From NCBI GenBank assembly GCA_000091205.1, contig AP006491.2: DNA of 64,000 nt; one strand, 5' to 3'. The DNA comes from Cyanidioschyzon merolae. Taxonomy: Eukaryota. A program made the translations under genes and the position numbers. The notes beneath the pieces were generated by a model that worked only from the letters and a program-made list of their open reading frames with translations, was not told the DNA's origin and ran no database searches. The stretch's first letter is position 1; each line of letters starts with the position of its first letter. Positions 30,223 through 42,882 of the stretch are shown here, piece after piece.

Positions 30223-31821
30223 ATGGTACACCCAAACGCTGGCGCGCAGGGCGCCGAGCTCCTGTTCTGTGGCTCCTGCAAATGGGACACACAGGGGCGC
30301 GACCGCAAAGGCGCCATCGAGTACGGGGAAGAGGTACTAGCGCCACATCGTCTCACGGGCTCGGTCACACTGGGAGGTCTCACGACACCAGCTGACCGAG
30401 CACAGATGCTGCGGATCGTTAGCGGACCGGTGGCAGCGCACGCCGTGCTCATTTTAACTGACGGACGTGCGCTGGCAATAGGGCGAAACACGCACGGTGA
30501 GCTCGGTATAGGTACAGCGCGGCGCTTTGCTCCAGTGTTTATGCCTGTCGTCTTCATCAAGGGCGGGCGCTGCACCGGCGCCGCCTGTGGTCGCACACAC
30601 ACGCTCTTCCTCATGGACGACGGCGTGGTGTACGCGACCGGGGCGAACGATGCAGGTCAGCTTGGTGTCGGTGCGCGGGGCATCAGCGCCAGCGGGGCCA
30701 ATGTACCGGCAGCTGTGACCCCGATCCGCCTGACGTACCTCGCAGAACATATGGGCGTGCGAGCAGCCCAGGTAGGATGTGGAGAACAGTTCTCCGTCGT
30801 GCTCGCTGATGACGGCTCGCTCTACACTTTTGGAACACATCGGGACGGTGTCCTGGGACTGGGCACCACCGGCGAAGTCATTGGCAAACAACGCATGGAG
30901 GTGGAGAGCGAACCCCTGCCGCGACGGGTCACGCGCTTCGTGCGCTCGGACGGCATCGTCGTTGCTCTCGATGAGTCCAAAAGCATGGACGAACAAAGCG
31001 AGGATATACCCCGCTTCACACAGGTAGTTTGTGGTCAGCGGCATGTGGTTGCTCTAGACTCCCGCCACCGCGTCTGGTCGTGGGGATTCGGTGGTTATGG
31101 TCGTTTAGGTCATCGAACGCCGAACGATGAGCTGCGTCCCCGATGCATGGAGTTTTTCGAGCGTTTGCGCGACGACCGCCGGCGATGTGTCAAGCTATAC
31201 GCTGGCGCCTCCTGCTGCTATGCGCTGACCGAAATGGGCACCGTGTACTTTTGGGGCATCACAAAAATGACCGGTGAAGCGACGACATCGCCGCAGATGC
31301 TCTACGATTTGCACGGCTGGAAAATTCGAGATATCGCCGTGGGCATCTCATCGACGATGATCGCTTGTGAGGAGTGCACGACGATCGCCTGGGGTCCGTC
31401 ACCCGCCTACGGCGAGATGGGTTTCGGTGAGACCGTCGTTGGAAGGAGTTTTGCAGGCAGGACAGGCGTACTCAAAAGCAGTACCCAACCACGGATTGTC
31501 GATCCGCTGAAAGGCGTCCAAGTGAGTCAGCTTGCGATGGGGGCTTTTTTCACGTTCCTCCTGCTTCGACCCGAGGAGGTGCAAGCGTCAGACGACCAAG
31601 GCACGAAGGTGCAAGCACTCCCGACGCTCTCGTGGGATGCGCATGCCAATATCGGCGCGCAGCCTGTACGCGGTTTGACGATCCTCGACGCAAGCTCGTT
31701 GGGGTCCCGGCGCGGTCGGAAACCCGGCAAGGTCGCTGCTCGAGCGACCAGCAGCGCGACTAAAACCCGCGTAACCTCAGTGTCCGCGGTCGTTGTTCCG
31801 GAAAAGAGGCGCCGCACCTAG
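30223..31821 (+). CDS. RCC1 (regulator of chromosome condensation)-repeat protein
   Basis: Repeated beta-propeller blades: HGELGIGT...GRTHTLFLMDDGVVYATGANDAGQLGVG...GEQFSVVLADDGSLYTFGTHRDGVLGLG...GQRHVVALDSRHRVWSWGFGGYGRLGH...CYALTEMGTVYFWG. I chose the start at the ATG at 30223, because the 5' 61 codons of the ORF overlap the Fanzor-element terminus. Confidence 0.7.
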   Translation: MVHPNAGAQGAELLFCGSCKWDTQGRDRKGAIEYGEEVLAPHRLTGSVTLGGLTTPADRAQMLRIVSGPVAAHAVLILTDGRALAIGRNTHGELGIGTARRFAPVFMPVVFIKGGRCTGAACGRTHTLFLMDDGVVYATGANDAGQLGVGARGISASGANVPAAVTPIRLTYLAEHMGVRAAQVGCGEQFSVVLADDGSLYTFGTHRDGVLGLGTTGEVIGKQRMEVESEPLPRRVTRFVRSDGIVVALDESKSMDEQSEDIPRFTQVVCGQRHVVALDSRHRVWSWGFGGYGRLGHRTPNDELRPRCMEFFERLRDDRRRCVKLYAGASCCYALTEMGTVYFWGITKMTGEATTSPQMLYDLHGWKIRDIAVGISSTMIACEECTTIAWGPSPAYGEMGFGETVVGRSFAGRTGVLKSSTQPRIVDPLKGVQVSQLAMGAFFTFLLLRPEEVQASDDQGTKVQALPTLSWDAHANIGAQPVRGLTILDASSLGSRRGRKPGKVAARATSSATKTRVTSVSAVVVPEKRRRT

Positions 31822-32732
31822 TGCGGTGTACGCTCGCGATACAGAGGCCTCGCGAACACCGTTGAGGCTAGCCTGATCCGCTGCTGCGCTGAGAGATGCG
31901 CATGCCTCCATTCTGTAACCGCTGTGTAAATCTACCGCTCACGTGTGCATCCTTGCACCGATGAAGTATGATTCGTGACTTGGCCGGCGCGACACAGGCG
32001 ACGGGAGCGCACTCACCGAGGCATCAACACAATGAGGCATGGTCGGGGTTGCAGGGTGCTGGTGATGCGGCAACTGCAGCCTGCGTTTCGGTGTCGTGCG
32101 AGGCAGCGACAAGTTTGTCGCACGACATGTACCAAGAGAAGTGGAATAGAGCACTGGGAACCTGCCCATTGGTGACGGTTGCCACGTTCCCAGTGTGCGC
32201 GTGTTTGTCGGTTTACTTGGGGAGTGAACACCTAACGCGGCGTATGCCGGCGCGCAGCAAAGTAAGCATGATGCATCTCCGATAAAGAATGAGTCTGTTG
32301 GCTAGCCTGGATGATGAACGCTGGTGTCCATGCGCGCCGCGTCCGAAAACGTAGGTGCTAGACATACGCTGCCTCATAGGCGGGATGTCTTCTGCCCGCT
32401 ACATGGAGCACTCAAGTCCTTTTCATCGACATTGACACTGGGCAGCAGTGCAGATCGGGCGGTTATCCGAGGCGCCGCTGTGCAGCCATCAACGTTCAGT
32501 ACGAGGCTTTGCTGCCTTGCTTAGCACCAAATGCGGTATGGGTAACAGACGCCATTTTGTAGCTTGCCCATCTTCTGGGGATGCAAACGTTCCCATCAAT
32601 CAACGAGTTCGCCGGCGCTCCGTTCCGAACACCAAAACAGGGAATTACGGGAAACGAACGCCACCCTTGCGTCCTGCCCTGCAACCATTCGCCGCAAACC
32701 GCGCACTCACGCCTCGGCTGTTGCCACTTTCA

Positions 32733-33467
32733 CTAGGTTCCGGGCTCTGCAGGCAGCGTTCGGCGCTGCGCATCCTGAACACGAGTCACATGCGACTCGA
32801 GGACGCGCCCATCGAAAGGTCGCGGTGTTCGGCGCTGGCGAAGTATCTCCGGACGCGGGATAATCGCACCACTTCGCTTGCTGATTCGTACTCGGGTCCC
32901 ATCTTCGAGCCATCGAATGCCAACGCGCGTCGGCAGACCAGTTTCTGGACACACGATTGCCACGTTGCTGACATGCAGCGGGCCCTCCGTCAGGATAACG
33001 CGTTTGCGTTGGCCGCCACCCACGGTTGCACTCGGCGCCGGAACAAACTTCTTCACATAGTTCACGCCTTCCACCACAACTCGATTACTCCGCCGAATGA
33101 CCTCCAGTACACGTCCTTTTTTCCCGATATCGCCCGGTGGGCCGCCGATCACCTGCACGTAGTCGCCGCGAAGAACTCTCCACTTTCGCGGTGGTATGGG
33201 CGACTCTCGTTTTGGCGAACGCGGGGTACGAATGCTATCCAGCATCGACTCGAATCGGCCGCGCATCTCTGCGGAGGGCACACCAACGTTTCGACGCGGC
33301 GGGTGCAGAGGCGGCCTGCTTGCAAACCAGCGTAGCGCTGGGAGCTGCGCACCCGTTGCCGCCTGTGTTGGTTCGGGTTCAGCGAGCAGAGGCCTGCATA
33401 ACCAGCTGCGCCAGCAAGCGTGTGCTCCTGCTGGCATACGCGCAAGGCGCTGAAGCCCCGCCTGCAT
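32733..33467 (-). CDS. Mitochondrial-type ribosomal protein uL24 (KOW domain) with an N-terminal extension
   Basis: KWRVLRGDYVQVIGGPPGDIGKKGRVLEVIRRSNRVVVEGVNYVKKFV...GPLHVSNVAIVCPETGLPTRVGIRWLEDGTRVRISKRSGAIIP aligns closely to bacterial/organellar L24. The exact start is uncertain. Confidence 0.6.
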   Translation of the reverse strand: MQAGLQRLARMPAGAHACWRSWLCRPLLAEPEPTQAATGAQLPALRWFASRPPLHPPRRNVGVPSAEMRGRFESMLDSIRTPRSPKRESPIPPRKWRVLRGDYVQVIGGPPGDIGKKGRVLEVIRRSNRVVVEGVNYVKKFVPAPSATVGGGQRKRVILTEGPLHVSNVAIVCPETGLPTRVGIRWLEDGTRVRISKRSGAIIPRPEILRQRRTPRPFDGRVLESHVTRVQDAQRRTLPAEPGT

Positions 33468-35969
33468 GAATAAAAAGCAGGCCGTTTGAGGAACGCACCC
33501 CGCGAACGCTCCACCCTATGTGCGCACTTGCAGCACCATGGCTGCTGCTGCACGAAGCGTCGCTGCGCCGAATCCAATCATCGCCATGGAACAATCGCAT
33601 TTGTCCGTCTACAACCATGATATCCATAAACATACAAAATGTTGTATGTTAGAGATCTCAGCCAGTTCCACGCCCCCTGGCGAGGATTGCTGCCTGCGCC
33701 GCCATTGACGGGCGTGCACCTGACAACACCCCCGTGGATGTGCAGAACCTTTCGGGAACCAGGAAAGGAACTGCCGCTTCGCCACAGCAGATGCTACGTT
33801 CCGTCAGGTTCATGCAATGATCTTCGTCTGAAATAGAGGCGTGGTATTTCCATGAAGCGGCCGGATACGCAGCATACCGCTGGCACAACATCGATGCAGA
33901 ATGGATCTACGATGCCTTTGCGTGCATCGGCTGCAGACGCTGCTCTGACGGTTACTGGTACGAGACAACGGTCGCGGGTCGGGAATGTATCGTCGCTGCA
34001 CGTTCGAATTTCTGCGGGTGCTTTTCTATCTACTCGTCTCAAGGACGACGTCGACGACACCCGCGTTAGAATGAGATTCGGGCGAGTCTATGTTTTGCAA
34101 TCTCGGGCGCTCTCGCTCAAGTATTCGTTCTTCTCACGTACGTCAACGCAAGCTTTCGGGGCTTGCTTTGCGACCGCTTTTCATCCCTCTGTCCTATGTC
34201 AGGCTCAAAACATACGACGGAATCTCTTTTGCTGTCAGTACTGGTGCCGGGAGTCGAAGCACATTGATGATGGTGGCGTTCGAGTCCCGATTTCGCAATT
34301 TCCGGCTGCTGTCGATGCATTGCATGCACAAGCAGAAGTTGTGATCGATACTCCACTTGTCGTTTTCATCTTCTTCGTATCCAACATCGGTGCGCCCTTC
34401 GAATCGTTAACACTTGAACATGGTCAGGTGTTCTTCTAGATCCATCACATTCCTCGTTCGAGGGCAGCTCTGTGGCATGTGAACGCTAGCTCAATCACCC
34501 GGTACATGCCCGTGACAGGTCGAGGAGGCTCCCCTCGATGCGCTCCTCAGGTTCGACGCCCGCTGCCGTACCAAATGATCAGGGGTTTGTTTCGCGCAAT
34601 GCCCTCGGTGAGTGCTCTGTCCGCCGCACACGCATGCGCAAACCGTTCGTTTCGATAGAGGATTTGTTGAACGCAATGCTGTCCATGAAGAAAAAAGTAC
34701 CAGACGGAAAAACCGGGCCGGAGATCAAGTCGAGCAACTTGGATCCGTTCACGCTCCCGTCGCGCAAAGCGGTGACGAATGCTCCACTGGAAGCGATCGC
34801 TGTGATGTCTCAGGTCCGAGTCCACGGTCGTAGTCGATGGACACTGCGGAGACGGGGGCGTCGCGTAGCATATCCCATGAGAAGTATCATGGTAAATTGG
34901 AATGCCGTTTCGTCGATGGTCATAGAGATGGGTAGAGTTGTCATTTGGCCCGAATTGATTACTTGAAGCACGAAAGTCAGGGAACTTTCGGCATGCGTTT
35001 CTAATGCATTCGCCAGCGGACATCGTCGACCGGGTTCTCAAATCCATCGAGCGGCGCGAATGGCTGCACCCACGAGAATCGCCTCGAAACAGAGAGATCT
35101 ACTATTCGAAGCATGCATGATTTGCACATCCTGCATCTAAGAAAACGAGAAGAATAGAAGCTTGTATGTATGCAGTGCAAAATTGCGATATCGTTCGTTT
35201 TATGAACCCTTGTTCGTAGGCTTCGCATATCGTCATGACTCCGGTGACGAAACGAATTCCTGCGGCGATGCGTCGAGAGCGTCACTCCGAAAACACGACC
35301 TCGAATCCTTATACGACGTATGAATCCTTAGGGTCTTATGGCTGCACCTCGAACATCGACGCTGCCTATTTACAAAATCTCGAAATGCAGGATCAGAGCA
35401 CGTTCTTTCGTGTTCGGTTTTCATCTATCCCTTGTGCGGCGTTTTGCTGTCGTCAGCGAACGAGTCGAGCGCGTCGAAGCGTACGCGTACGCACTCGCGC
35501 CTGGAGCCACGGTGAGCTCGCCCGGCTCTGGTACCGGCAGCGGTTGGACGCACTGTCTCCAAGACTAGTTCGACGTCGAGTCTGGCACTGATGCGAAGCG
35601 CTCACTCTCCAAGTGCACGACTTTTAGCAGACGCAGCAGCAGTTGCTGTTGAACCATCCAAACCCCTACCCCAATACTACAGTAGCGTCTCAGATGCTGA
35701 GGCAGACGTCATGAGGCACACATCCGCGCGTCAGCTCCACTGGTTCCGTTCGCAAGCGCCGCTCGCGTAACACGGTGCACCACACATATTTCGGAAGAAC
35801 GTCCCTTTGTCTCGTAGCGTTCACGACAGCCGCCCTGCTCTGCGCCTGCCACCCGACGCGTCACGCCTCACACCAGTGTACGCTCGTGCGCGTCATTCAC
35901 AGCCCAAATACAGCGCCTATTGCGACACCAGGCACAAAAGCAAACAGAGTGAACATCGTATGCATCAGT

Positions 35970-36006
35970 AGCAGGCTGGCTGGCTGGCAGGCAGGCTGGC
36001 TGGCTG
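35970..36006. repeat. (GGCT/GGCA)n tetranucleotide microsatellite
   Basis: Direct read: gcaggctggctggctggcaggcaggctggctggctg. Confidence 0.75.
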
Positions 36007-36148
36007 CCCCCTGTCCCATACAACCTGCTGCAGGGCGCGGGCGGCGATCCGTCGGCCGAATTAGGCGAGGGATCGATCCCGCGATCCAGAGATCGCTGCA
36101 CGTGTTGATCCGCAGGTAGCCAGGGGCACAGCGCGCCACAGCCGTCCA

Positions 36149-37828
36149 TTGCTGAGCCGTGCCCTGCCGACTGACATGCCGCTCGAGTCGTCGACAAAAG
36201 GCGCCCGCAGGTGCGCCGCGTCAATCCGGCAGGGCACTGCTCAGCTGCAGCTCACATTTTCTCTTCAACGTTGCTGTTTCTCGACGGCTGCTGCTGGGCG
36301 GGTGCGGATGCTCGCGTCCAGAGCTTTTCATAGCATATCTCCGGAAGAAGGAAAAAGTCCTCGCTCTCGTGGACTGCGACGTGCATCCTCTTGGAACCGG
36401 CGGGGTGTACTGTGGCTCGTTGCGATCGCTTTTTTTGGAACAGGATTTCTTCTGGGTCTGCTGTGTGCGCCGAGCGTGTCACCGTTTCGGCGTTTCGGGG
36501 CGGAAAGCGTCGATTCAAGTACAGACGCGGTGGACCAAGAGAGAGCGCACGTCCAGGGTCGTCGAGACCTATCGGAGGCAGGCACGTCCGGGCGCTCTGC
36601 TGTGGAGGTTGTTGCGGCGGCGCTGCTGGCAACCCAGAACCCGACAGACTGCGCCAAGGCCCGATACCTGATTGTAGACGAGTTTTCCGATCAGCATGGA
36701 CTTGGTTTCAGTCTGATCACGGTGTTCAAGTTCCTTTATGTTGCGCATGTCGAACGGCGCGTTCTGCTGCTCCTGCCGTCATTCACGTCTTACCCGTGGC
36801 GTTGGTGTCATTGGCCGCCTGCATCGTACGGTTGCTATTTCGAGGACGTCACGTACTGCGCAACGCGGATGCAGTTCGACCAGGCGCTCCGCGACCGCGT
36901 CATTCCACGGAACTGGAGCGCGATCCCCGACTGGAAGGGCATCGAATCCATCGATGAACGGGTGGTGATTTTCCGACAAAAATATCTCTCGCGTGCCCGG
37001 ATCGAAAGTCGCGCAATCTACCAGGCCTGGAGCATGTTCGAGCACGCCTTTGGCAGCGGACTCAAGAAATACGGGCGATTCTTCTACTACGCTGTTGCGC
37101 AGCGCGTGCTGCTGCAACCCAAGGTTTGGTTGGAGCACGCTGCGCTTACCCAACGCGAGCGCTGGAGTCTAGAGCAGAACAACCCGCTCGTGGTCGTGCA
37201 TGCTCGACACGGAAGCAAACACATCGAGCAAAAGCATATCCCGGTTTCGGAGTTGGCTGCGAGCGCGCTTGCTTTTTGTGAGTGCCTCGGCGTGCGCGAC
37301 ATTTTACTGATCACCGAGACCGAGCGCGTCATTGTCGACTTCAAACGAGCCGTGCAGCATGCACCAGTGCGCGTCCTCTACACAGAGTATTGGCGCCCAG
37401 AAGGCGATGTCTGGAACAAGAATCTGGTGGGTCAGCTCAAGCTGAAACCCGTGAACGATTCCGTGATCGACGTCATCGCGTACCATTCGATTCTGAATCT
37501 GCTGTTGGCTCGGACAGGCGTGGCTTTTGTGGGCACCATCCAGTCTGCCTTTTTGAAGTTGCTAGTGAGCACCGCATATGCGCACCAGAAAGCACCAGTC
37601 AGTATCCATAGCTTGCGCGCTGGATGGCGAATCAGGGACGGGTACCCTGCAGCGGATGCCAAGTACTGGAGTTTCGACCCGTGCCGCTTACCACATCCAT
37701 GTGAACACGTGGCGCTACCCTGCTCCAAAAACGGGAAGGGATTTCCAAGGCGAAGCATGAGTCAAGCAACCGACTTTTCGACGCGACCGGCCGATATCGA
37801 CCACGAGCCGTCGCAGCTGCACGAATGA
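36149..37828 (+). CDS. GT23-like (FUT8/NodZ-type) fucosyltransferase, type II membrane protein (tentative)
   Basis: TM anchor GVLWLVAIAFFGTGFLLGLLCA. KARYLIVDEFSDQHGLGFSLITVFKFLYVAHVERRVLLL resembles the FUT8/NodZ N-terminal motif (GCGYGCQLHHVVYCF.A..T.RTLIL). VVHARHGSKH resembles GT23 motif I (HVRRGDK). Confidence 0.45.
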   Translation: MLSRALPTDMPLESSTKGARRCAASIRQGTAQLQLTFSLQRCCFSTAAAGRVRMLASRAFHSISPEEGKSPRSRGLRRASSWNRRGVLWLVAIAFFGTGFLLGLLCAPSVSPFRRFGAESVDSSTDAVDQERAHVQGRRDLSEAGTSGRSAVEVVAAALLATQNPTDCAKARYLIVDEFSDQHGLGFSLITVFKFLYVAHVERRVLLLLPSFTSYPWRWCHWPPASYGCYFEDVTYCATRMQFDQALRDRVIPRNWSAIPDWKGIESIDERVVIFRQKYLSRARIESRAIYQAWSMFEHAFGSGLKKYGRFFYYAVAQRVLLQPKVWLEHAALTQRERWSLEQNNPLVVVHARHGSKHIEQKHIPVSELAASALAFCECLGVRDILLITETERVIVDFKRAVQHAPVRVLYTEYWRPEGDVWNKNLVGQLKLKPVNDSVIDVIAYHSILNLLLARTGVAFVGTIQSAFLKLLVSTAYAHQKAPVSIHSLRAGWRIRDGYPAADAKYWSFDPCRLPHPCEHVALPCSKNGKGFPRRSMSQATDFSTRPADIDHEPSQLHE

Positions 37829-38549
37829 GCTGGGGAAGCGGCTGCATAGCCAATGCCGCGACGCGTGCCTTGCGCGGATGCGCCGGCACCCGTCGTGAGC
37901 GGCCTCTGTGCAAGTCACCCGGACCGCGCTCCAGGTAGCAGCAAACGGTGCCCGATACCCCGTTGCGCTGACAAGCCTGGATGCTGGGCAACGACGCAGG
38001 TATACACGGCCGTAGGCACAGGGATGCTGGCGATCGCGTCGTTTCGCGGCGCTTTGCGATCACGTCACCGGCCTGCGTTGGTGTCCGCGGCACCGTGACG
38101 CCACCTGGATGTATCGTTCCCGCGTCCTGACACCCAGGGCACTCGACTCGAGTCCCCGCAGCGCTGATTCGTTTGTGCTCCAGACAATCCGACCACGAGT
38201 AGCAGCGCTGGAGAGATGGAAAGCGCTGTTGGGCGACGCAATGGCGTACTGCTGCTCCTGATCCCATATCTCTGCATCCGTACGCTTCGACAGAGGCGAG
38301 CGCGTCTCTTTGATAGCGGTAATGGGCGTGTACAGTCCAGCGTGATTTAAACTCGAGTTTATAGTCGCAACGCAGATGCATGCGATAGGTGATCGTTGCG
38401 GACGAAATCCGCCGCACCAGCCGCCTTGCCTGGGAGCAGACGCTCGACAGCAACACTACTTGATCACCGTTACGAGGACGCACAAGACGATCCTGTTAAT
38501 CAACGTCGACGTCGTCGCATGACCCCACTCGGTACTCCATGTCAGCGTC

Positions 38550-40583
38550 CTATTCCTCGTCGTCGTTGCCGCGTGGGGTGGTGGTGTGAGCCGCCCGCTC
38601 ACTACCCGGCGTTTTGCCTTTTCGCTTCGCTTTGCGCTCCGTATCGGGAGTCGGTGCGCCGTCCGCGAAAAAGTAGTTTCCGCTAGCCTTTTGCTCCTGA
38701 TCCTTCACGGAGCCATGCTTATTTATCCGAGGTCGCAGATTCGTGGGATCTCGGCGGAACGTGATATCGAGGGCGCGCAAAAACCGATTCATCCCGCTCA
38801 CGAGCGGCTCCGGTGATCGAGCGACGGCTTTGCGAGCTGGCTCGCCTTCGTAGACGATCACTCGATCGGCCAGGTACGTGGCCATGATAAAATCGTGCTC
38901 CACAATAAACGCCGTCTTTTTCGAGTGCAGGATAAATCGCTTGATCACTTTCGCAGCGATGATACGCTGCTCCGAGTCCAGATACGCCGACGGCTCGTCC
39001 AAAAGGTACAGGTCAGCGGGCTTGCCCAGCGCCAACACCAACGCAACCCGTTGGAGTTCACCGCCTGACAGGTGCTTCACTTCCTGATCGAAGAGTTTGT
39101 CCACGGATAACGGCTTCAAAACGTCAGTTTGGAATTGCGGATGTGTGTATGCACTCTGAATTCGCTTGTGCAGAAGCTGCTGCACAGTGCCTTCAAACGA
39201 CGGGGATATCTTCTGCGGCTTGTACGATACATTCAGTTGCGGGATCTCGATGTGTTTCTCGGGATCCGATAGATCGGGATCGGGTTGCAACAGACCCGCG
39301 AGAACGCGAATGAGGGTTGTTTTGCCAGTGCCATTGCGTCCCAGTGCAAGTACGATTTCCGAGTCAGTAAACTCTCCCCGCTCGACATCAAGCACAAAGG
39401 TGCCCAGCGTCTTCCGAAAAGCCGGGTACCCATATCGTCTTTGCTTCTCTGCATCTGCAGCGGCATCAGGCGTCTCGGCACCCTCTGCGATCTTAAAGGT
39501 AAGTTCGGTTTCCCGGAATCGCATGTTTTCCGTCGGTACGAAACCCGCGAGAAATACATTGATGCCCTCCCGCACGGAGAACGGATACGTCACGACACCG
39601 TACGCACCCGGCACGCCGTATAGGACGCAGATGTAATCGGAGAGATAATCTAGCACAGCAAGGTCATGTTCGACGACGAGCACGTAGTTGTCGGTACGAC
39701 ACAGGGAGCGAATGGCTCGGGCGGCTCGCAGACGCTGTCGCACGTCGAGGTACGATGAGGGTTCGTCAAACATGTACGCGTCGGCGCGCTGGAGGCACAC
39801 CATCGCTATCGCGAAGCGCTGCAGTTCACCGCCAGAGAGTTGCGAAACGTCGCGATCGAGCACCTCTTCCAGGTCAAGCATATCGATAACCTCCGCAAGG
39901 CGCTCGGTCTCGTTGCGAGCCGCGAGCAGATCGCGGACCCTGCCTTTCACCGCTTTCGGAATATGGTCTACGTATTGCGGCTTGATCACTGCGCGCAACT
40001 CTTCGCGGAGTATCTTTTCGAAATAGTTTTGCAGCTCGCTTCCCCGAAAGTAGCGAAGTATTTCCGGCCAGTCCGGAGGATTCTTGTAGTTTCCAAGGTT
40101 AGGTTTCAGTTTCGCCGCCAGAATTTTCAACGCTGTCGATTTTCCTTGGCCGTTGCCGCCGACGAGCCCGAGAACCTGGCCGGGGCGCGGCATTGGTAGT
40201 CGGTGCAGCTTAAAAGAGTTTGCCGAGTAGCGGTGCGTCGTCTGCGAGTCCAGATCGGTTGGTAGATTGATGATCTGAATCGCACCAAACGGGCACTTGC
40301 GCACGCAAATTCCACAACCGATGCAGAGTGACTCGGAGATGAGCGCAATGGGCGAGCTTGGCATCACTTCGATGCATAACTTACCGATTCGGTTCACTGG
40401 ACAAGAGCGTTTGCACTCCAGCGCGCACTTACGGGGTTTACAGCGGTCAGCCGACACGATCGCGATGCGAGTCAACTTTTCCTCACCGTTGGTGGAGGAA
40501 GAGGTGGTGGTGGTTGCGGCGGCTGTGGAGTTGGTGCTACTAGCCCCGGCACCGCCACCTGGTCCGCGCTTTCCTGGAGGCAT
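38550..40583 (-). CDS. ABCE1: ABCE1 / RNase L inhibitor (Rli1) ribosome-recycling ATPase
   Basis: N-terminal 4Fe-4S ferredoxin motifs ([25 protein letters not shown]...[22 protein letters not shown]). Two ABC ATPase cassettes ([21 protein letters not shown]...[12 protein letters not shown]...; [19 protein letters not shown]...[12 protein letters not shown]...). The stop is TAG. I chose the start at the ATG at 40583 (MPPGKRG...); the longer ORF upstream looks non-coding. It has a Ser/Thr-rich N-terminal and a basic C-terminal extension. Confidence 0.9.
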   Translation of the reverse strand: MPPGKRGPGGGAGASSTNSTAAATTTTSSSTNGEEKLTRIAIVSADRCKPRKCALECKRSCPVNRIGKLCIEVMPSSPIALISESLCIGCGICVRKCPFGAIQIINLPTDLDSQTTHRYSANSFKLHRLPMPRPGQVLGLVGGNGQGKSTALKILAAKLKPNLGNYKNPPDWPEILRYFRGSELQNYFEKILREELRAVIKPQYVDHIPKAVKGRVRDLLAARNETERLAEVIDMLDLEEVLDRDVSQLSGGELQRFAIAMVCLQRADAYMFDEPSSYLDVRQRLRAARAIRSLCRTDNYVLVVEHDLAVLDYLSDYICVLYGVPGAYGVVTYPFSVREGINVFLAGFVPTENMRFRETELTFKIAEGAETPDAAADAEKQRRYGYPAFRKTLGTFVLDVERGEFTDSEIVLALGRNGTGKTTLIRVLAGLLQPDPDLSDPEKHIEIPQLNVSYKPQKISPSFEGTVQQLLHKRIQSAYTHPQFQTDVLKPLSVDKLFDQEVKHLSGGELQRVALVLALGKPADLYLLDEPSAYLDSEQRIIAAKVIKRFILHSKKTAFIVEHDFIMATYLADRVIVYEGEPARKAVARSPEPLVSGMNRFLRALDITFRRDPTNLRPRINKHGSVKDQEQKASGNYFFADGAPTPDTERKAKRKGKTPGSERAAHTTTPRGNDDEE

Positions 40584-42444
40584 CCCTGAGGCCCGACTAC
40601 TGCCGCAGACCCAGTGCGTAGAACCGGGGTCGATGCTACTCCGAGAAACATGACCCCAGAGCTGCGCGCTCTGGGAGCAACGATCGCGACGTTGCGGAGC
40701 GGACATATTGAGACAAACATGCGACATGCGGTTGCGAGCCGGCATTGCCGCAGCAGCGTGTTCTGCGCTGGACGGCACGGTACGGGCCTCCTCGAAGGCT
40801 CCCTCGCATCCAAGCAAAAGTTTTGGGCATGCTTAGGATCGTTTACAAGAACTTGGGATCCCCATGGCGCTAAACTTATTTGCATCTGCTCGAAACCTCC
40901 ATGTTCCGCGAGACAGTACCACCTATACTTCCTCGCTGAGAAAATTAGTGGTATCCATGGGAATCGCGTCACTGATCGGCATGAGTCCGTTAAAGCAGCG
41001 CAGTACTGGTGCGGTCGAGAGCGTTTCCTTCCTGGTCTTCTGCGAAGGCATGCGTCTCTGGGTGTACTTTTGCTTTGCAGAGAGGCTGGTCCGTGTTCGG
41101 GGCATAGGAGGCCGATCGACGCTTTGACGAGGTCATCACGTATGGACAACGCGTCGAGTTGGATCTTTGAACTCGACTCGTGGTCGAGAATGGACGCGAG
41201 CGTCACGATTCGGTGCAGGCAATGGAAACGCACTGATGGCTCAGTGCGGATTCCGAAGCATTCTTGGGACAGCGTTGCCTCCTTGGGTGCAGTTCACACG
41301 TCGCTGGCACGACCGACAAAGCGCACATCGACGCGGATCGTGCTCCCAAATCACCGGCGAGTGTAAGGTTGTTCCCGAAAACCCCGAATGTGTGCGTCAC
41401 AATTTTGTTCCTTGCTGCTGGAAGTGAGGCGATGGCGGCTGCAGCGTGTGCGCGCTCGCGTTCAGGGGCGCAGATGCGCTCCCGCCGCGCTGCGACTCGC
41501 CGAAACGATCCCTCCCGGAGCGTTCGCCCGCAGACGCGAAACGATGTGGCGCCCTATCCATAGAAGCAGGACCCCGGGACATTAGGTCTCACGCGTTGCA
41601 GGGTTGTCCCTGAACACGTCACCGAATCGTTGACCGCGCACGGGTCGTTGCGCATTCGCGCGCGTGCGCTCCGCTCGACTCTCGTTCTGCGTGAACGAAC
41701 GGTGCACCAGGGGGCTCCGTTGGGACGCGTCGCCGCCCAACATTCTAGGTGCTTGCCAGCTGTTGGTGCCGGCCTCTGCGTCATGGTCTTGGGAAAGATT
41801 AGCACTCGATGCAAGTCATAAAACAGCTCGATCCCTGCTCCAAGTCGCGTTGCAACAGACCAGTCCCGGGCTTTGGGGCGCGTTCCTCTGTGTCGCGGTG
41901 TCGCTATCCAGCCTACGCATTTTGAACTGTCCAAATATGCAATTGGAGGCACCGCCTGCGTGCGTCTCCTAGACCTGAAAGACGAGCGATCTGCATTGCT
42001 CGTTGCCCGCAGTCAGCAAATTTATTCGCGCCTGCTCCGCCGAATGACTCCACGAAACACAACTGCTTGACGATGACGAAGTGCCAGACATGAACCCGTA
42101 GCACGCACTGCATTCGCTGCAGTGCACGTGAGCGGATCCTGGCGAAGCAGCTGGTACGGCAGGGGGTGGCGGGCGCGCCCTCTCTAGCGGTGCGCAGCGG
42201 TCGCCAGCTGGAATCGCACGGCTCCGTCCGCTATGTCTCATTAGATACATTTATGTACGGTGATGTTCGCTGTCATGCTCCGTCGATGCTCCGGGGGCGC
42301 CCGCACTGCACCCGCGTACAAGTACCCTGGCCGACAAGTACTGCCAACGATTCAGAAAAGCGCTTCGGAGCTGCTTTGTAGACTGGCTTCCAGACACCGC
42401 CAGTTTGGTAAGATTATCACAGTACGGAGAAGAAACCGTAAACG

Positions 42445-42882
42445 ATGGGTGGTGGATTTCCCCGTGGCATTCGCTCCGCAAGAAAGCTGCGCGATCGCCA
42501 TAAGCGCAACCGCTGGGCGGACAAGAAGTATGCGCGCTCGATGTCGGCATCGGCTTTGAAAGCGAACCCGCTCGGCGGCGCATCTCACGCGAAGGGCATC
42601 GTTCTCGAGCGGATAGGAGTGGAAGCAAAGCAACCCAACTCTGCTATTCGAAAGTGTGTGCGAGTGCAACTGATCAAGAACGGAAAGCGGGTGGCTGCTT
42701 TTGTTCCCCGTGACGGTTGCCTCAACTTTATCGACGAGAACGACGAAGTTCTTATTAGCGGTTTCGGAAGAAAAGGACACAGTGTGGGTGATATCCCGGG
42801 TGTGCGCTTTAAGGTCGTGAAAGTGCAGGGTGTCTCGCTTTTGGCACTGTTTAAGGGAAAGAAGGAAAAACCACGCACATAG
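42445..42882 (+). CDS. RPS23: 40S ribosomal protein S23 (uS12)
   Basis: [29 protein letters not shown]...[105 protein letters not shown] is near-identical to eukaryotic RPS23. Single exon, 145 aa, TAG stop. Confidence 0.93.
   Translation: MGGGFPRGIRSARKLRDRHKRNRWADKKYARSMSASALKANPLGGASHAKGIVLERIGVEAKQPNSAIRKCVRVQLIKNGKRVAAFVPRDGCLNFIDENDEVLISGFGRKGHSVGDIPGVRFKVVKVQGVSLLALFKGKKEKPRT

Noticed and set aside
29511-30346. Minus-strand ORFs 29511..29822 and 29717..30346
   Set aside because: They are antisense to the Fanzor-like nuclease C-terminus and its conserved 3' tail. They mirror the spurious plus-strand ORF at 25184. They have no independent motif support.
40614-41366. 250-aa plus-strand ORF and neighbouring ORFs overlapping the 5' end of ABCE1
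   Set aside because: It is antisense to, or upstream of, a well-supported conserved gene. It has no motifs and low-complexity composition.
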